Assembly: GCA_021772775.1 (NCBI GenBank)
Contig: JAJFLH010000036.1
Span: 24,800-88,799, forward strand
Origin: Mariprofundus sp.
GTDB taxonomy: Bacteria; Pseudomonadota; Zetaproteobacteria; Mariprofundales; Mariprofundaceae
DNA length: 64,000 nucleotides
Reading direction: 5' to 3'
The translations under genes and the position numbers were made by a program. Shown here piece after piece: positions 46,271-56,665 of the stretch (positions within the stretch are counted from its first letter, which is position 1; the number at the start of each line of letters is the position of its first letter). The notes under the pieces were generated by a model. The model saw only the letters and a list, made by a program, of their open reading frames with translations. It ran no database searches and was not told the DNA's origin.

Positions 46271-48979
46271 ATGCATGATAGACAAGGTGTGAGCGACATA
46301 AAAATACAGCGCGGCATGCGTTGGCGACTAATGCTTGGCATGGTCGGCATGATTGTGACCATGGTTGTTCTGTTAACCGTGTTACAGATCTCTGCACAAA
46401 AGGATAGTCTGAATAGCGCGCTTGCCTCACATACTTTTTTTCTTGAAGAGCAGCTGCATAAGAAAGCTGAAAAGGCTAGCAGCCAGATGTCAGGTCATAT
46501 CGAACGACTTATTTCAACCTATCGCCTTACTCTGGCCAATGAGTTTATTCGTAATGTCATCCGGGATATTGATGATTTGAGTTATGTCATATTGATGGAG
46601 GGAGGTGCTCCAAAGATAGCCATCGGCAGTGACCTTGTGGATGCCGAGTTACGTAAACATATTCTATCCGGTGACATTTCAGGTTTAGCGGCAAAACAAA
46701 CAGAAAAAATGCATCATGATTTTATTTTCGCAGATCATGGTTTCATGGAAAACGTAGTACCAATCATGCGGCATCAGGAGCAATGGGGGGTATTACGCCT
46801 TGGTTTTTCACGCGATGAATTGAATAACAATTTGGCATCTTCGCAGCTACGCATTCATCAAGAGATCAAAGATGCCTTATTCAAAACCTCGTTAACGTCG
46901 TTGATCTTTCTCATACTGGGGGCATTAACGGTCTATTATTTTGCCCGCCGCTGGACTGATCCCATTCAAAAGCTGGTGCATTTCTCCAACCGACTCGCCA
47001 GTGGTGATTTTTCTGCCACAGCCCATATCAGTACACGCCGTGATGATGAGATTGGTCTATTGGTTGTATCTCTGGAAGATATGGCAGCCTCCCTCAAACA
47101 GTCGTATGCTCAACTGGAAGAGCACAGTCATACACTCGAAGAGAAAGTAGAAAAACGCACCCATGAGTTAGCCGAAGCCCGTGATAAAGCCCTGGCTGCA
47201 ACACAAACAAAGAGTGAATTCCTGGCCAATATGTCGCATGAGATTCGCACCCCGATGAATGCAATCATAGGTATGGCACATCTGGCGCAGGATATGGCCA
47301 CAGCAGCTCCCCAGCGCCAGTATTTAAATAAGATTCTCACCGCTTCAGAGAACTTATTAAAAATCATCAATGATATTCTTGATTTCTCTAAAGTCGAAGC
47401 GGGTAAACTGGTATTGGAAGCCACAGACTTTCAGCTACAAGAGACGCTGAATCATGTTGAAAGCATCGCAAGTGTCCAGGCACATCAGAAAGGTCTCGAC
47501 TTTGCCTTTGACTCTCCAGCTGATTTACCTGTATTGCATGGTGATTCATTGCGTTTGGGGCAAATTTTACTCAACCTGACCACCAATGCGGTGAAGTTTA
47601 CAGCCTCAGGACATGTGCGTATCACGGTCGAAGTGGTTGAAAAAAACGAATCAACTATCGATCTTCATTTCAGCATCTCCGATTCTGGCATAGGCATGGC
47701 TGAAGAGCAGATGTCACATCTGTTTGAAGCCTTTACACAGGCCGATGCTTCGACCACGCGCAATTATGGCGGCACAGGATTGGGGCTCGCCATCTGCAAA
47801 CAACTGGTTGACATGATGCAGGGCAAAATCGTCGTTGAGAGCACGCCGAATCAAGGTAGTTGTTTCCATGTAAACATACAATTCGGCTTAGGCAATCCAC
47901 TCTTTATAGCTACAAAAACACCATCACCCCAAACCATGCAGTCGCTGCAAGGAACACGCTTGTTATTGGTTGAAGATTATGAAATAAACCAGCAGGTCGC
48001 AGAAGGGTTGTTATCCAAAGCAGGTGTAAGTCTGCACATCGTCGATAACGGAAAAAAGGCTGTTGATGCCGTTAAGAGCGAGGTATTTGATGGTGTTCTG
48101 ATGGATATGCAGATGCCTGTCATGGGTGGCATTGAAGCCACCCGCCTCATTCGTGCCGATGGGCGTTTCAATGAGCTTCCGATCATCGCCATGACCGCCA
48201 ATGCCATGCCCGAAGATCGACAAATGTGCATCGAAGCAGGCATGAATGATCATCTCACCAAACCCATTCATCCAGACGCCCTCTACAACACCTTGTCACG
48301 CTGGATCACAATTTCAGCACCAGCCATCACTGCAGAACCTTTACCCATGAAGAGCCCAAAGACCAATGATGATATCGGTTTTTCAGCACTGCGTGGCATT
48401 GATATCTCAGATGGTTTGCAACGGGTTGCGGGTGACCAACAGTTGTATGCGGCTATTTTATGTAAATTTCGTCATTCACAAGCTGATAGTTTGCAGAATA
48501 TGCAAGCCGCAACCGTAGCAAGTGATTTTGAACAGGCGGCATCTATAGCGCATGCCTTAATAGGTTTAGCTGGCAATATTGGAGCCAAAGAGCTCGCAGC
48601 ACATATCCGCACATTGGAATTTTCATTTACAAACGGTAAAGCTATTGATCTGCCAACATGGCAAGCTGCAGAGCAGCAGCTCTCATACATTATCGACAGC
48701 ATAGAACCCCTATGCGAAACAATCGCTACAACTAAAAAAACAGCTCCAGCTACAGATCATGCAGCAGCCAAACAGCTCATCACTCAGATGAGAAGCTTAT
48801 TAGAAGAGTCTGATGGCGATGCTGTTGATCTACTCGATGAACTCAGCGCAACTCTGGGAGATCATGCAACGAATCAGCATATTTCAATGCTCAGGCAGCA
48901 TCTCTCCGGCTATGACTTCGACGCAGCACTGGAAGATCTATCTGCCATATCACAACTGAACACCAATGCAGAAGAATAA
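46271..48979 (+). CDS. Membrane hybrid histidine kinase: periplasmic sensor, HAMP, HisKA, HATPase, REC, Hpt
   Basis: Two TMs, FLANMSHEIRTPMNAII, NLTTNAVKFT, YGGTGLGL, LMDMQMP and Hpt motif AHALIGLAGNIGA. Start uncertain. Confidence 0.92.
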   Translation: MHDRQGVSDIKIQRGMRWRLMLGMVGMIVTMVVLLTVLQISAQKDSLNSALASHTFFLEEQLHKKAEKASSQMSGHIERLISTYRLTLANEFIRNVIRDIDDLSYVILMEGGAPKIAIGSDLVDAELRKHILSGDISGLAAKQTEKMHHDFIFADHGFMENVVPIMRHQEQWGVLRLGFSRDELNNNLASSQLRIHQEIKDALFKTSLTSLIFLILGALTVYYFARRWTDPIQKLVHFSNRLASGDFSATAHISTRRDDEIGLLVVSLEDMAASLKQSYAQLEEHSHTLEEKVEKRTHELAEARDKALAATQTKSEFLANMSHEIRTPMNAIIGMAHLAQDMATAAPQRQYLNKILTASENLLKIINDILDFSKVEAGKLVLEATDFQLQETLNHVESIASVQAHQKGLDFAFDSPADLPVLHGDSLRLGQILLNLTTNAVKFTASGHVRITVEVVEKNESTIDLHFSISDSGIGMAEEQMSHLFEAFTQADASTTRNYGGTGLGLAICKQLVDMMQGKIVVESTPNQGSCFHVNIQFGLGNPLFIATKTPSPQTMQSLQGTRLLLVEDYEINQQVAEGLLSKAGVSLHIVDNGKKAVDAVKSEVFDGVLMDMQMPVMGGIEATRLIRADGRFNELPIIAMTANAMPEDRQMCIEAGMNDHLTKPIHPDALYNTLSRWITISAPAITAEPLPMKSPKTNDDIGFSALRGIDISDGLQRVAGDQQLYAAILCKFRHSQADSLQNMQAATVASDFEQAASIAHALIGLAGNIGAKELAAHIRTLEFSFTNGKAIDLPTWQAAEQQLSYIIDSIEPLCETIATTKKTAPATDHAAAKQLITQMRSLLEESDGDAVDLLDELSATLGDHATNQHISMLRQHLSGYDFDAALEDLSAISQLNTNAEE

Positions 48980-49010
48980 GAGAGCTATGTTACGCTTAAA
49001 CACTCTCTCT

Positions 49011-49048
49011 TTTACTATTACTGAAACATTGCATAGGTTCGATTCATG
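49011..49048 (+). promoter_or_regulatory. Sigma70-like promoter ending at the start codon (leaderless candidate)
   Basis: TTTACT, 17 bp, TAGGTT, 6 nt, then ATG(49046). No Shine-Dalgarno sequence. Confidence 0.55.
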
Positions 49049-49315
49049 TCTGAAGTACAAACTCAAAAAAACAATCCTCTGCACGGCATTACCCTGGAGA
49101 AGATGGTCACCACTCTGGTTGAATATTATGGCTGGGGTGAACTGGGGATCCTTGTCAAAGTCCGCTGTTTCAATAACGACCCATCTGTGAAGTCCAGCCT
49201 GAAGTTTCTGCGCAAAACCCCCTGGGCACGCGCAAAAGTGGAAGAACTGTATCTCGAAATGCTGAGAGAAAAGGCCGCCGACGAAAACAAATCGCCATGG
49301 CCAAACAGAGAGTAA
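49046..49315 (+). CDS. VF530/DUF2132-family small protein
   Basis: NPLHGITLE...YGWGEL...[26 protein letters not shown]. Confidence 0.92.
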   Translation: MSEVQTQKNNPLHGITLEKMVTTLVEYYGWGELGILVKVRCFNNDPSVKSSLKFLRKTPWARAKVEELYLEMLREKAADENKSPWPNRE

Positions 49316-49494
49316 ACAAGTGCTTACATATCCTACAAACTATGTTCTGAGCATTCACGGACAGGCTTTCGAGATCTAACACTCCCTGTAATGAATTTGA
49401 TTCCCCTCAGACCAATACGCAACAAAACAGTGGAAGGGCAAATAATCTTATCCACCGAGCCGTTCAAGTATTTAAAATTGAGGATGAAAGTCAA

Positions 49495-49866
49495 ATGAGA
49501 AACCCATTACTATTTTTTGTAGAACTAATGCAACAACCGCTATGGATACCTCTATGGGTATCGGCTCTGATGATGGTCAATATGGCCAGTCTCTTCTTCT
49601 GGCATGAAGTGTTGGCACAAATTATTTTCATCACATTTATGGCATCGGCAATGATCATGATGCTGCTTTATTCACATTTTGGTTTTGAGAAAATACTGGG
49701 GCTAGGCCATATCCTGTGGATCCCTCTGTTGATTTATATATTTATTCAGATCCCAGAAGCTGAACAAGCCTTCCGGCACTATCTAATCGTACTATCTGCT
49801 TTCATCTCAATCTCATTGCTATTTGATGCCATGGATACCTTCAAATATTTCAAAAAGAACGGATAA
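49495..49866 (+). CDS. Hypothetical 4-TM membrane protein
   Basis: Four hydrophobic segments, including GFEKILGLGHILWIPL. RBS GAGG upstream. Confidence 0.7.
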   Translation: MRNPLLFFVELMQQPLWIPLWVSALMMVNMASLFFWHEVLAQIIFITFMASAMIMMLLYSHFGFEKILGLGHILWIPLLIYIFIQIPEAEQAFRHYLIVLSAFISISLLFDAMDTFKYFKKNG

Positions 49867-49927
49867 CCCCTCAGTTTTCACAAAACATCGTGGCTCAGCT
49901 AAATGACAGAGCCGTATGCATATCGTC

Positions 49928-52795
49928 TCACGCATCAAGCTGTTCTCTGATCATTTGACTTAATTTTACGATATTATAGGGCTTAGAAAGAATCAGGGTT
50001 TTATCTGCAGGCATTTCACCCTTCAATGTTTCATCTTTATCATAGCCGGTTGCAAAAATCACTTTCGCTTCAGGGCTAACTATCTTGATGCGTTCAAAAG
50101 CTTTCAGGCCCCCCACTCTGGGCATAACAACATCCATAATAATCAGCGCAATATCGTCCTGATGCTGAGTGAATGTATCAATCGCCTCTAGGCCATCAAT
50201 AGCCACCAACACCTTATATCCTAAATTCTCTAGTACCTCTCGGCTGGTCTTACGGATCTCAGCATTATCATCAACAACCAGTATCAATTCACCATGACCA
50301 GGCAGTGCGTTTACGCTACCATCCGCTATCAATTCGATCTTGTGCTCCTCCAACAGCGGAAGATAGATATGAAAAGTAGTTCCTACCCCCTGAGTGCTCT
50401 CCATTTCGAGGATTCCATCGTGACTTTGCACCGCCCCATAGGCCATGGAAAGCCCAAGCCCCGTCCCAACTCCAATCCCCTTGGTGGTATAAAAGGGTTC
50501 AAAAATGTGCTCTTTGTCAGCACTGCTTATGCCGGAACCATTATCACTGACAATCAGATGAGCGAATAGGCTGCCACTCATATCAGGATGTTTATCCATA
50601 AACTCCTGATCCCCTTCAAACTCTTCAAGCTTCATCATGATGACGGGATCAGATACATTTTCGACAGCATCACGTGCATTGTTTAACAGATTCATCAGCA
50701 CCTGTTGAAGCTGAGTAGCATCACCTCTTACAATAAGCTCTTCAGCACAAAATTCACTCTGCGTATGAATGTTCTCAGGAATACTTGATGTATTCAGTTT
50801 GGATGCCTCTTTAATAAATGAGGTTAAACCGAAAGGTTTCATCTCAACCACACCTTTTCGGGCAAATGTCAGCAGTTGCTTGATCATCTCAGCAGCGCGA
50901 AAGCTTAAAGCAGACACACTATCCAGTTTTTCCACTACATCAGGAAAGCCTGCGACCTTTTTCTTAGCCAGATAGAGATTACCAGTCATACCCGCCAGCA
51001 TATTATTGAAATCATGGGCGATGCCACCAACCAGTGTTCCAAGCGCCTCCATTTTTTGAGCCTGACGAAACTTCTCTTCCAGGGATTCATGCATTGTCAT
51101 GTCCTGTTGAATACCCACATAGTGCGTAATCTGCTCATCTTCATTAAAAATGGGCGAAATTGTCATCAAAGCTGGATATTGTGAACCATCCTTGCGTCGA
51201 TCAACAACGGCACTATGCCAGACCTCTCCTCTGGAGATCGTACGCCAAAGGCTCTTATAAAACTCTTTACTTTGATTGCCACTTTTAAGAATTCTCGGAT
51301 TCTTGCCCAGAACTTCTTCAGGCAAATAACCGGTTATTTTTGTGAATGAAGAGTTCACATATTCAATAGTGCCCTCTTTATTCGTAATCATGACTGACTC
51401 TCCAGCTTGTTCAACGGCCTGAGACAGTTTACGCATCTCCATTTCTCTCTGAGTTCGGGACAATTCATTACCAATCCATGAGGCCATAAGTTGAAGCGCA
51501 TCAATATCAACATCTTCAAATTTTCTTTTCATCGGAGCCGGACTAGAAAAATTCAGGGTTCCAAAAACTTGCCCCTGAACAATAATTGGCGTTCCGATAT
51601 AGGCTTCGAGTCCAAAAGCCTTGTAGGCTGGGTGTATTCTTATCTCGGATTCTTTTACATGCTCAAAACCAACAGGGCCATTGGCCTTCATGGTGATTGC
51701 ACAGTAAGTATTGCCCAACTCAAAATGATCGCCTTCATTCAGCGCTATCTCAGCAGGACAGTGCCTGTATACAACCTCGTAATCATCCTTGACGATTTGA
51801 GACATAATACCAATTTCCAGATGAAATCGATTGCAGCCTAACTCCAGTAATTTATGAACTTTCTCCTCTAAATTGTAATGTGACTCAATCGATAACTGGT
51901 AAAGTGTACGGATAACGTTTTCGCTATCATGGAGCTCGGCTGTTCTCTCATCTACAGCACGTCGAAGTGTTACACTCCATATAAAAACAACGGCAAACAA
52001 CACAAACAGAGCCAAGGCAAGCATGAGGACTGACGGCCCATACTTCACAAACCAGCTATCTGGTTTAATCATCCATTGATTAAAAAGTTCGTCATAACGG
52101 CCAGAAGCTCTTAATTTGACCAATTCACTATCCAGCAGTGATATCATCGCACTATTGCCCTTTATTGCTGTGAAACAGAAGTCTTGCGGCCAAATATTCA
52201 CTTCTGCCAATTCAACATTTGTCAAATTATGCTGTTTAATAAAATAGAGTCCTGGTTGTGTGGCGCTAAAAAATGCAGCGGCCTTGCCTGAGTTCAGTTT
52301 AATGAAACCATCCTGTTTATTTTTAACAATAAGGCGCTCAAAGTCATTGCGATCAGATAGTTTTTCCAGCGCAATATCGTGTTGCTGTAAAATGACAATA
52401 GCGCCGGAGATTGAGTCTAAGCCTTCAATACCTGCTTTGTATCTGTTTCGAAACAGTGATTGATCAATACCACTATGCGGTTCAGAAAACTCATATTTAC
52501 TCACTCGATCAGGCGTACGAATCATGTTGATCAGATCAACTTCGCCGCTTTCAAGGCCTTTGACAGCATCAGGCCAGCTCATAGGTATAAATGTGAACCT
52601 GATTCCAGCAGTGGCTTCAATTTCCCGCAGAAGATCAGGAAGAAATCCTTTGATCTTGCCGTCGGAGTCTACAAACTCATAAGGGGCATATTCTGCATCA
52701 ATTGCCACCTTGATTTCTAATTGTTCTGCAGCTGAAACAGTAGATGAGGTTAGTACCATACATAATAGAAGAAAACATATTTTTGCCATAGTCAT
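49928..52795 (-). CDS. Hybrid histidine kinase: periplasmic solute-binding (SBP_bac_3) domain, TM, GAF, PAS, HisKA, HATPase, REC
   Basis: [35 protein letters not shown] and IIMDVVMP motifs. Start uncertain (52843, 52795 or 52789). Confidence 0.9.
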   Translation of the reverse strand: MTMAKICFLLLCMVLTSSTVSAAEQLEIKVAIDAEYAPYEFVDSDGKIKGFLPDLLREIEATAGIRFTFIPMSWPDAVKGLESGEVDLINMIRTPDRVSKYEFSEPHSGIDQSLFRNRYKAGIEGLDSISGAIVILQQHDIALEKLSDRNDFERLIVKNKQDGFIKLNSGKAAAFFSATQPGLYFIKQHNLTNVELAEVNIWPQDFCFTAIKGNSAMISLLDSELVKLRASGRYDELFNQWMIKPDSWFVKYGPSVLMLALALFVLFAVVFIWSVTLRRAVDERTAELHDSENVIRTLYQLSIESHYNLEEKVHKLLELGCNRFHLEIGIMSQIVKDDYEVVYRHCPAEIALNEGDHFELGNTYCAITMKANGPVGFEHVKESEIRIHPAYKAFGLEAYIGTPIIVQGQVFGTLNFSSPAPMKRKFEDVDIDALQLMASWIGNELSRTQREMEMRKLSQAVEQAGESVMITNKEGTIEYVNSSFTKITGYLPEEVLGKNPRILKSGNQSKEFYKSLWRTISRGEVWHSAVVDRRKDGSQYPALMTISPIFNEDEQITHYVGIQQDMTMHESLEEKFRQAQKMEALGTLVGGIAHDFNNMLAGMTGNLYLAKKKVAGFPDVVEKLDSVSALSFRAAEMIKQLLTFARKGVVEMKPFGLTSFIKEASKLNTSSIPENIHTQSEFCAEELIVRGDATQLQQVLMNLLNNARDAVENVSDPVIMMKLEEFEGDQEFMDKHPDMSGSLFAHLIVSDNGSGISSADKEHIFEPFYTTKGIGVGTGLGLSMAYGAVQSHDGILEMESTQGVGTTFHIYLPLLEEHKIELIADGSVNALPGHGELILVVDDNAEIRKTSREVLENLGYKVLVAIDGLEAIDTFTQHQDDIALIIMDVVMPRVGGLKAFERIKIVSPEAKVIFATGYDKDETLKGEMPADKTLILSKPYNIVKLSQMIREQLDA

Positions 52796-52891
52796 GGCAG
52801 CTAAAGCAGCAAGTTTCAGGCCATTCCCTACGTTCGGACTCAATCGCAGTTATTTGCCCCGATTTCTCAAACGAATGAGATCAATATTTCG

Positions 52892-53617
52892 TTATTCTTT
52901 AATAAGATCCTTGGCATGCAGGCTTTGACCACGTATCTCTTTTGAGTCATCGGAAAGTAGATAAAGATAGGCCGGCACTACAGTAGTTGCTGCAGGCACT
53001 TCATTAGGGTGCATGCCGCCAAACGTACGTTTAAACAGAGCTGTGCGTACAAGACCCGGATTCAATGCATTGAAACGATAAGGTTTTTCCTCATGTTCGT
53101 TTTGCCACATCGCGGCAGCATATGCTAAAGCCCGCTTTGCCATGCCATAAGCATGCCAGTTGTTCTGGTCCTCATCGACCATGTCACAAGTGGTAAAAAC
53201 AACAGAGGCAGCATCAGCCCGTCTAAGCAGCGGCAACATCATCTGTGTTAGCATATTCGGTGCTGTCAGATTGATATCCAGCGATTCTCTAAACACATCC
53301 TGTTTGATGTATTGCATTGGTGCACAACGATCGATTGATGCGGCACAGTGTACCAGCCCATCAAGATGCGGAATCTGATCTTTCAGGCTGAGAAACAATT
53401 TACCATAATTATCAAAATCAGTCAGATCAAAAGGCACACAGAGACAACGACCACCAAGCTCTTCAATGCGTTCCATTGTTTGCTGCAAACCATCTTCATT
53501 GCGGCCAATGGCAATAACTGATGCACCAGCCTCACCAAGGGCAGCTGCAACATGTTGGCCTATACCATCGGATGCGCCAGTAACCATAATAATACGATCT
53601 TGAAATGCTTTAGACAT
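52892..53617 (-). CDS. Short-chain dehydrogenase/reductase, YciK-like
   Basis: TGASDGIG, LDGLVHCA, YGMAK and NPGLVRT motifs. Confidence 0.88.
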   Translation of the reverse strand: MSKAFQDRIIMVTGASDGIGQHVAAALGEAGASVIAIGRNEDGLQQTMERIEELGGRCLCVPFDLTDFDNYGKLFLSLKDQIPHLDGLVHCAASIDRCAPMQYIKQDVFRESLDINLTAPNMLTQMMLPLLRRADAASVVFTTCDMVDEDQNNWHAYGMAKRALAYAAAMWQNEHEEKPYRFNALNPGLVRTALFKRTFGGMHPNEVPAATTVVPAYLYLLSDDSKEIRGQSLHAKDLIKE

Positions 53618-53899
53618 GTGTTCCCTCCAGCCTGCGGCATCTTAACGTTTGTAATTTATATTCATAGACCTTCAGCTCGAAGAGCATAAAAAGTCACGAG
53701 AGATTTTGATTTCACCAGCAAAGCCAACCATTCAGCCGTCGAAGGGTAAAATAGAGCCTATGAAACATACATTCACATTCGCACCATGCATCAAATCCGG
53801 ATTACAATTGTCCAATAAATGCCACGCATCTAACAAGTGTACCCAGCAAGCATAAAAAAGTGTGGGTTTTCAACAGTGTACGGCGATAGGAGAGCGCCC

Positions 53900-53916
53900 T
53901 ATACTCCCGCGCCATG
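53900..53916 (+). promoter_or_regulatory. -10 element directly before the rnfA start (leaderless candidate)
   Basis: TATACT, CCCGCGCC, then ATG(53914). No Shine-Dalgarno sequence in between. Confidence 0.45.
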
Positions 53917-54495
53917 ACTGAATTCGCTCTAATTTTGCTTTCCGCGGTGCTGGTGAACAACTATGTGTTGACCAAATTCCTCGGTATTTGTCCCTTTTTG
54001 GGTACCTCCAGCAAAGTAGAAACCGCCATTGGCATGTCCTTCGCGGTCATGTTTGTGATGACCCTGGCTTCAACCGCTTCATGGCTGGTCCAGCAATATG
54101 TGTTGATTCCATTGGAATTACAGTATCTGCAAACTATTTTCTTTATCCTGATCATCGCCTCTTTAGTGCAGTTGATTGAAATGATGATCCATAAAACCAG
54201 CCCTGTTCTCTATCAGGCACTGGGGATTTTCCTACCTTTGATTACCACCAACTGTGCTGTACTCGGTGTGGCTATTCTTAATGTGCAGCAGGAACAGACC
54301 TTTTTAACCTCAGCGCTATATGGCGGTGGTGCAGCCATTGGTTTTGCACTGGTACTAATTCTGTTTGCCGGTATTCGCGAACGCATTGACGTTTCCCCGG
54401 TACCTGCGGCTTTCAAAGGCTCACCATTGGCATTGATTACTGCAGGTATGATGAGTTTGGCATTCATGGGCTTTTCCGGCCTGGTTAAAGTTTAG
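53914..54495 (+). CDS. rnfA: Rnf/Rsx electron transport complex subunit A
   Basis: [16 protein letters not shown] and [16 protein letters not shown] motifs. Confidence 0.97.
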   Translation: MTEFALILLSAVLVNNYVLTKFLGICPFLGTSSKVETAIGMSFAVMFVMTLASTASWLVQQYVLIPLELQYLQTIFFILIIASLVQLIEMMIHKTSPVLYQALGIFLPLITTNCAVLGVAILNVQQEQTFLTSALYGGGAAIGFALVLILFAGIRERIDVSPVPAAFKGSPLALITAGMMSLAFMGFSGLVKV

Positions 54496-54504
54496 TTCGC
54501 TTCG

Positions 54505-55104
54505 ATGATGACAGAATCTATGACAGGCCTACTCTATGCCTTGGGCAGCCTCGGCGCTTTTGCACTCTGTGCAGGCATCGTTTTGGCCATTGCCCAAAAG
54601 GTATTTCATATCGAAGGCGATCCAATGATCGACAACATCGATGCCTTGCTACCACAAACACAATGTGGTCAGTGCGGTTATCCGGGTTGTAAACCCTATG
54701 CAACGGCAGTCGCCGGTGCTCAAGCCGATGTAAATCACTGTGTACCCGGTGGTGAACGCACCATGTTACAAATCGCCGCTTTGATGGGTGTGGAACCGAA
54801 AGAACTGGAAGAGGAAGCCAGTGCTCCGATGCTGGCTTTTGTGCGTGAAGATGAGTGCATCGGCTGCACCCTCTGCATCAAAGCCTGTCCTGTTGATGCC
54901 ATTATCGGGGCACCAAAACAATATCACACCGTGATCGGTGATCACTGTACTGGCTGCACGCTCTGTGTTGAACCATGCCCGGTAGATTGCATCGATATGC
55001 TGGTGAAACCTGAACTCATTGAACATTGGGCATGGCCATTGCCAGATACCAAACGCTCTCAACTGGGTCACGAAAGGCGGGAACAACATGCCGGCCATGC
55101 TTAG
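54505..55104 (+). CDS. rnfB: Rnf/Rsx subunit B
   Basis: LPQTQCGQCGYPGC plus two 4Fe-4S motifs (CIGCTLC, CTGCTLC). Confidence 0.97.
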   Translation: MMTESMTGLLYALGSLGAFALCAGIVLAIAQKVFHIEGDPMIDNIDALLPQTQCGQCGYPGCKPYATAVAGAQADVNHCVPGGERTMLQIAALMGVEPKELEEEASAPMLAFVREDECIGCTLCIKACPVDAIIGAPKQYHTVIGDHCTGCTLCVEPCPVDCIDMLVKPELIEHWAWPLPDTKRSQLGHERREQHAGHA

Positions 55105-56665
55105 AACACTAGCCCGCAAAATGGGTCTAATGGCACACAGTTTTTCCGGTGGCATTCATCCGGATATGCATAAACTATCGGCCGCATCTGCCATTGAAGA
55201 TGTGGGCATTTCCCCTGTACTCATCTTACCGATGAAACAGCATATCGGCTCCCCCTGTTCTCCTTTGGTCAGTGTGGGTGACAAAGTGCTACGAGGCCAA
55301 AAAATAGCCAAATCAGAAGGTTATCTCTCTGTTCCAGTACATGCCTCCACCTCTGGCCGCGTGGTTAAAATTGAAGAGCATGCTATTGCTCACCCATCCG
55401 GCATGGGCATGCCATCGATCTTTATCGAAGCCGATGGTGATGATCTGGCCGATGAAAGCCTTGAGCCGCTCACTGACTGGCGAAATGTAGATCCTACCGT
55501 CTTACGTGAACGCGCTCGCATGTGTGGTCTGGCTGGTTTAGGTGGAGCGGTATTCCCTACTTTCATCAAGTTGGTTCAGGACAAACGTTTTCCGATTGAA
55601 ACAGTCATTCTCAATGGCATCGAATGCGAACCTTATCTGACCAACGACCACCGTTTGATGGTAGAGAAAGCCTCCGATATTCTCGATGGCATGGCGATCA
55701 TCATGCATATGGTCGGCAGCAGTTCTGGCATCATTGCCATTGAAGACAATAAAGCCGATGCCGCCGAAGCCATGCAGGAAGCCCTTGATACAAAAGAGGG
55801 TATGGACGGTGTACAGGTAAAAGTATTACCCACCCGCTATCCACAGGGTAGCGAAAAACAGTTAATTTATAGCCTGACCGGTCGTGAAGTACCAGCCGGA
55901 AAATTACCCATGCATATTGGTGTTATATGCCAAAATGTAGGCACCACCAAAGCGCTGCGCGATGCTGTCATGCTGGGCAGACCACTGACTGAACGTATCG
56001 TAACTGTCAGTGGCGACGCCTTACCGAACCCTGCCAATCTTAGGGTCCGACTCGGCACACCTATCCGCTCGCTGTTTGCACGGCAGGGACTAGAAGACTT
56101 TAGCAATATCCAGGTCATTCACGGTGGCCCGATGATGGGCGAGCGTCTGCGTCATCCTGATATTCCAGTGGTCAAGTCGACTTCCGGCACTCTTGCTTTG
56201 AGTCAAAATGCTATGCAGAGCGCGCATACGGTTGAAAGTCCATGCATCCGCTGTGGCCATTGCAGTGAAGTTTGTCCGGCATCATTGGTGCCCAATCTGC
56301 TGGCTGACTTTTGTCGTAGCGATCAATTCGATAAAGCTGAAGACTATAAGTTATTTGACTGTATTGAGTGCGGTAGTTGCTCCTATGTCTGCCCTTCGAA
56401 TATCCCATTGGTGCACTATTTCCGTTATGGTAAAGGACAGATTGCTTTAGGTCGTCGTGAACAGGCTTTTGCCGAAGCATCACGTCAGCGCTCTGAAGGC
56501 AGAGATGAACGTTTAGCACAGGAAGAGGCCGCGAAAGCTGCACGCCGCTCTAAAGTACGCAAAACACATGCTCCAAAACCGGCAGCAGAGCCTGAAACAA
56601 ACACTCTAACCAGCGCCACAGACAACACCCCGGCCGCCACTGCAAAACCAGAGGAGAAGAGCTGA
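55088..56665 (+). CDS. rnfC: Rnf/Rsx subunit C
   Basis: GGIHP, QHIG, GLGGAVFPT, NGIECEPYL, YPQGSEKQL, CIRCGHC and CIECGSC motifs. Start set at MPAML. Confidence 0.96.
   Translation: MPAMLRTLARKMGLMAHSFSGGIHPDMHKLSAASAIEDVGISPVLILPMKQHIGSPCSPLVSVGDKVLRGQKIAKSEGYLSVPVHASTSGRVVKIEEHAIAHPSGMGMPSIFIEADGDDLADESLEPLTDWRNVDPTVLRERARMCGLAGLGGAVFPTFIKLVQDKRFPIETVILNGIECEPYLTNDHRLMVEKASDILDGMAIIMHMVGSSSGIIAIEDNKADAAEAMQEALDTKEGMDGVQVKVLPTRYPQGSEKQLIYSLTGREVPAGKLPMHIGVICQNVGTTKALRDAVMLGRPLTERIVTVSGDALPNPANLRVRLGTPIRSLFARQGLEDFSNIQVIHGGPMMGERLRHPDIPVVKSTSGTLALSQNAMQSAHTVESPCIRCGHCSEVCPASLVPNLLADFCRSDQFDKAEDYKLFDCIECGSCSYVCPSNIPLVHYFRYGKGQIALGRREQAFAEASRQRSEGRDERLAQEEAAKAARRSKVRKTHAPKPAAEPETNTLTSATDNTPAATAKPEEKS

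Noticed and set aside
49036-49046. tRNA T-loop-like GGTTCGATTC
   Set aside because: There is no cloverleaf, acceptor stem or anticodon arm. It lies within the VF530 promoter and start region.
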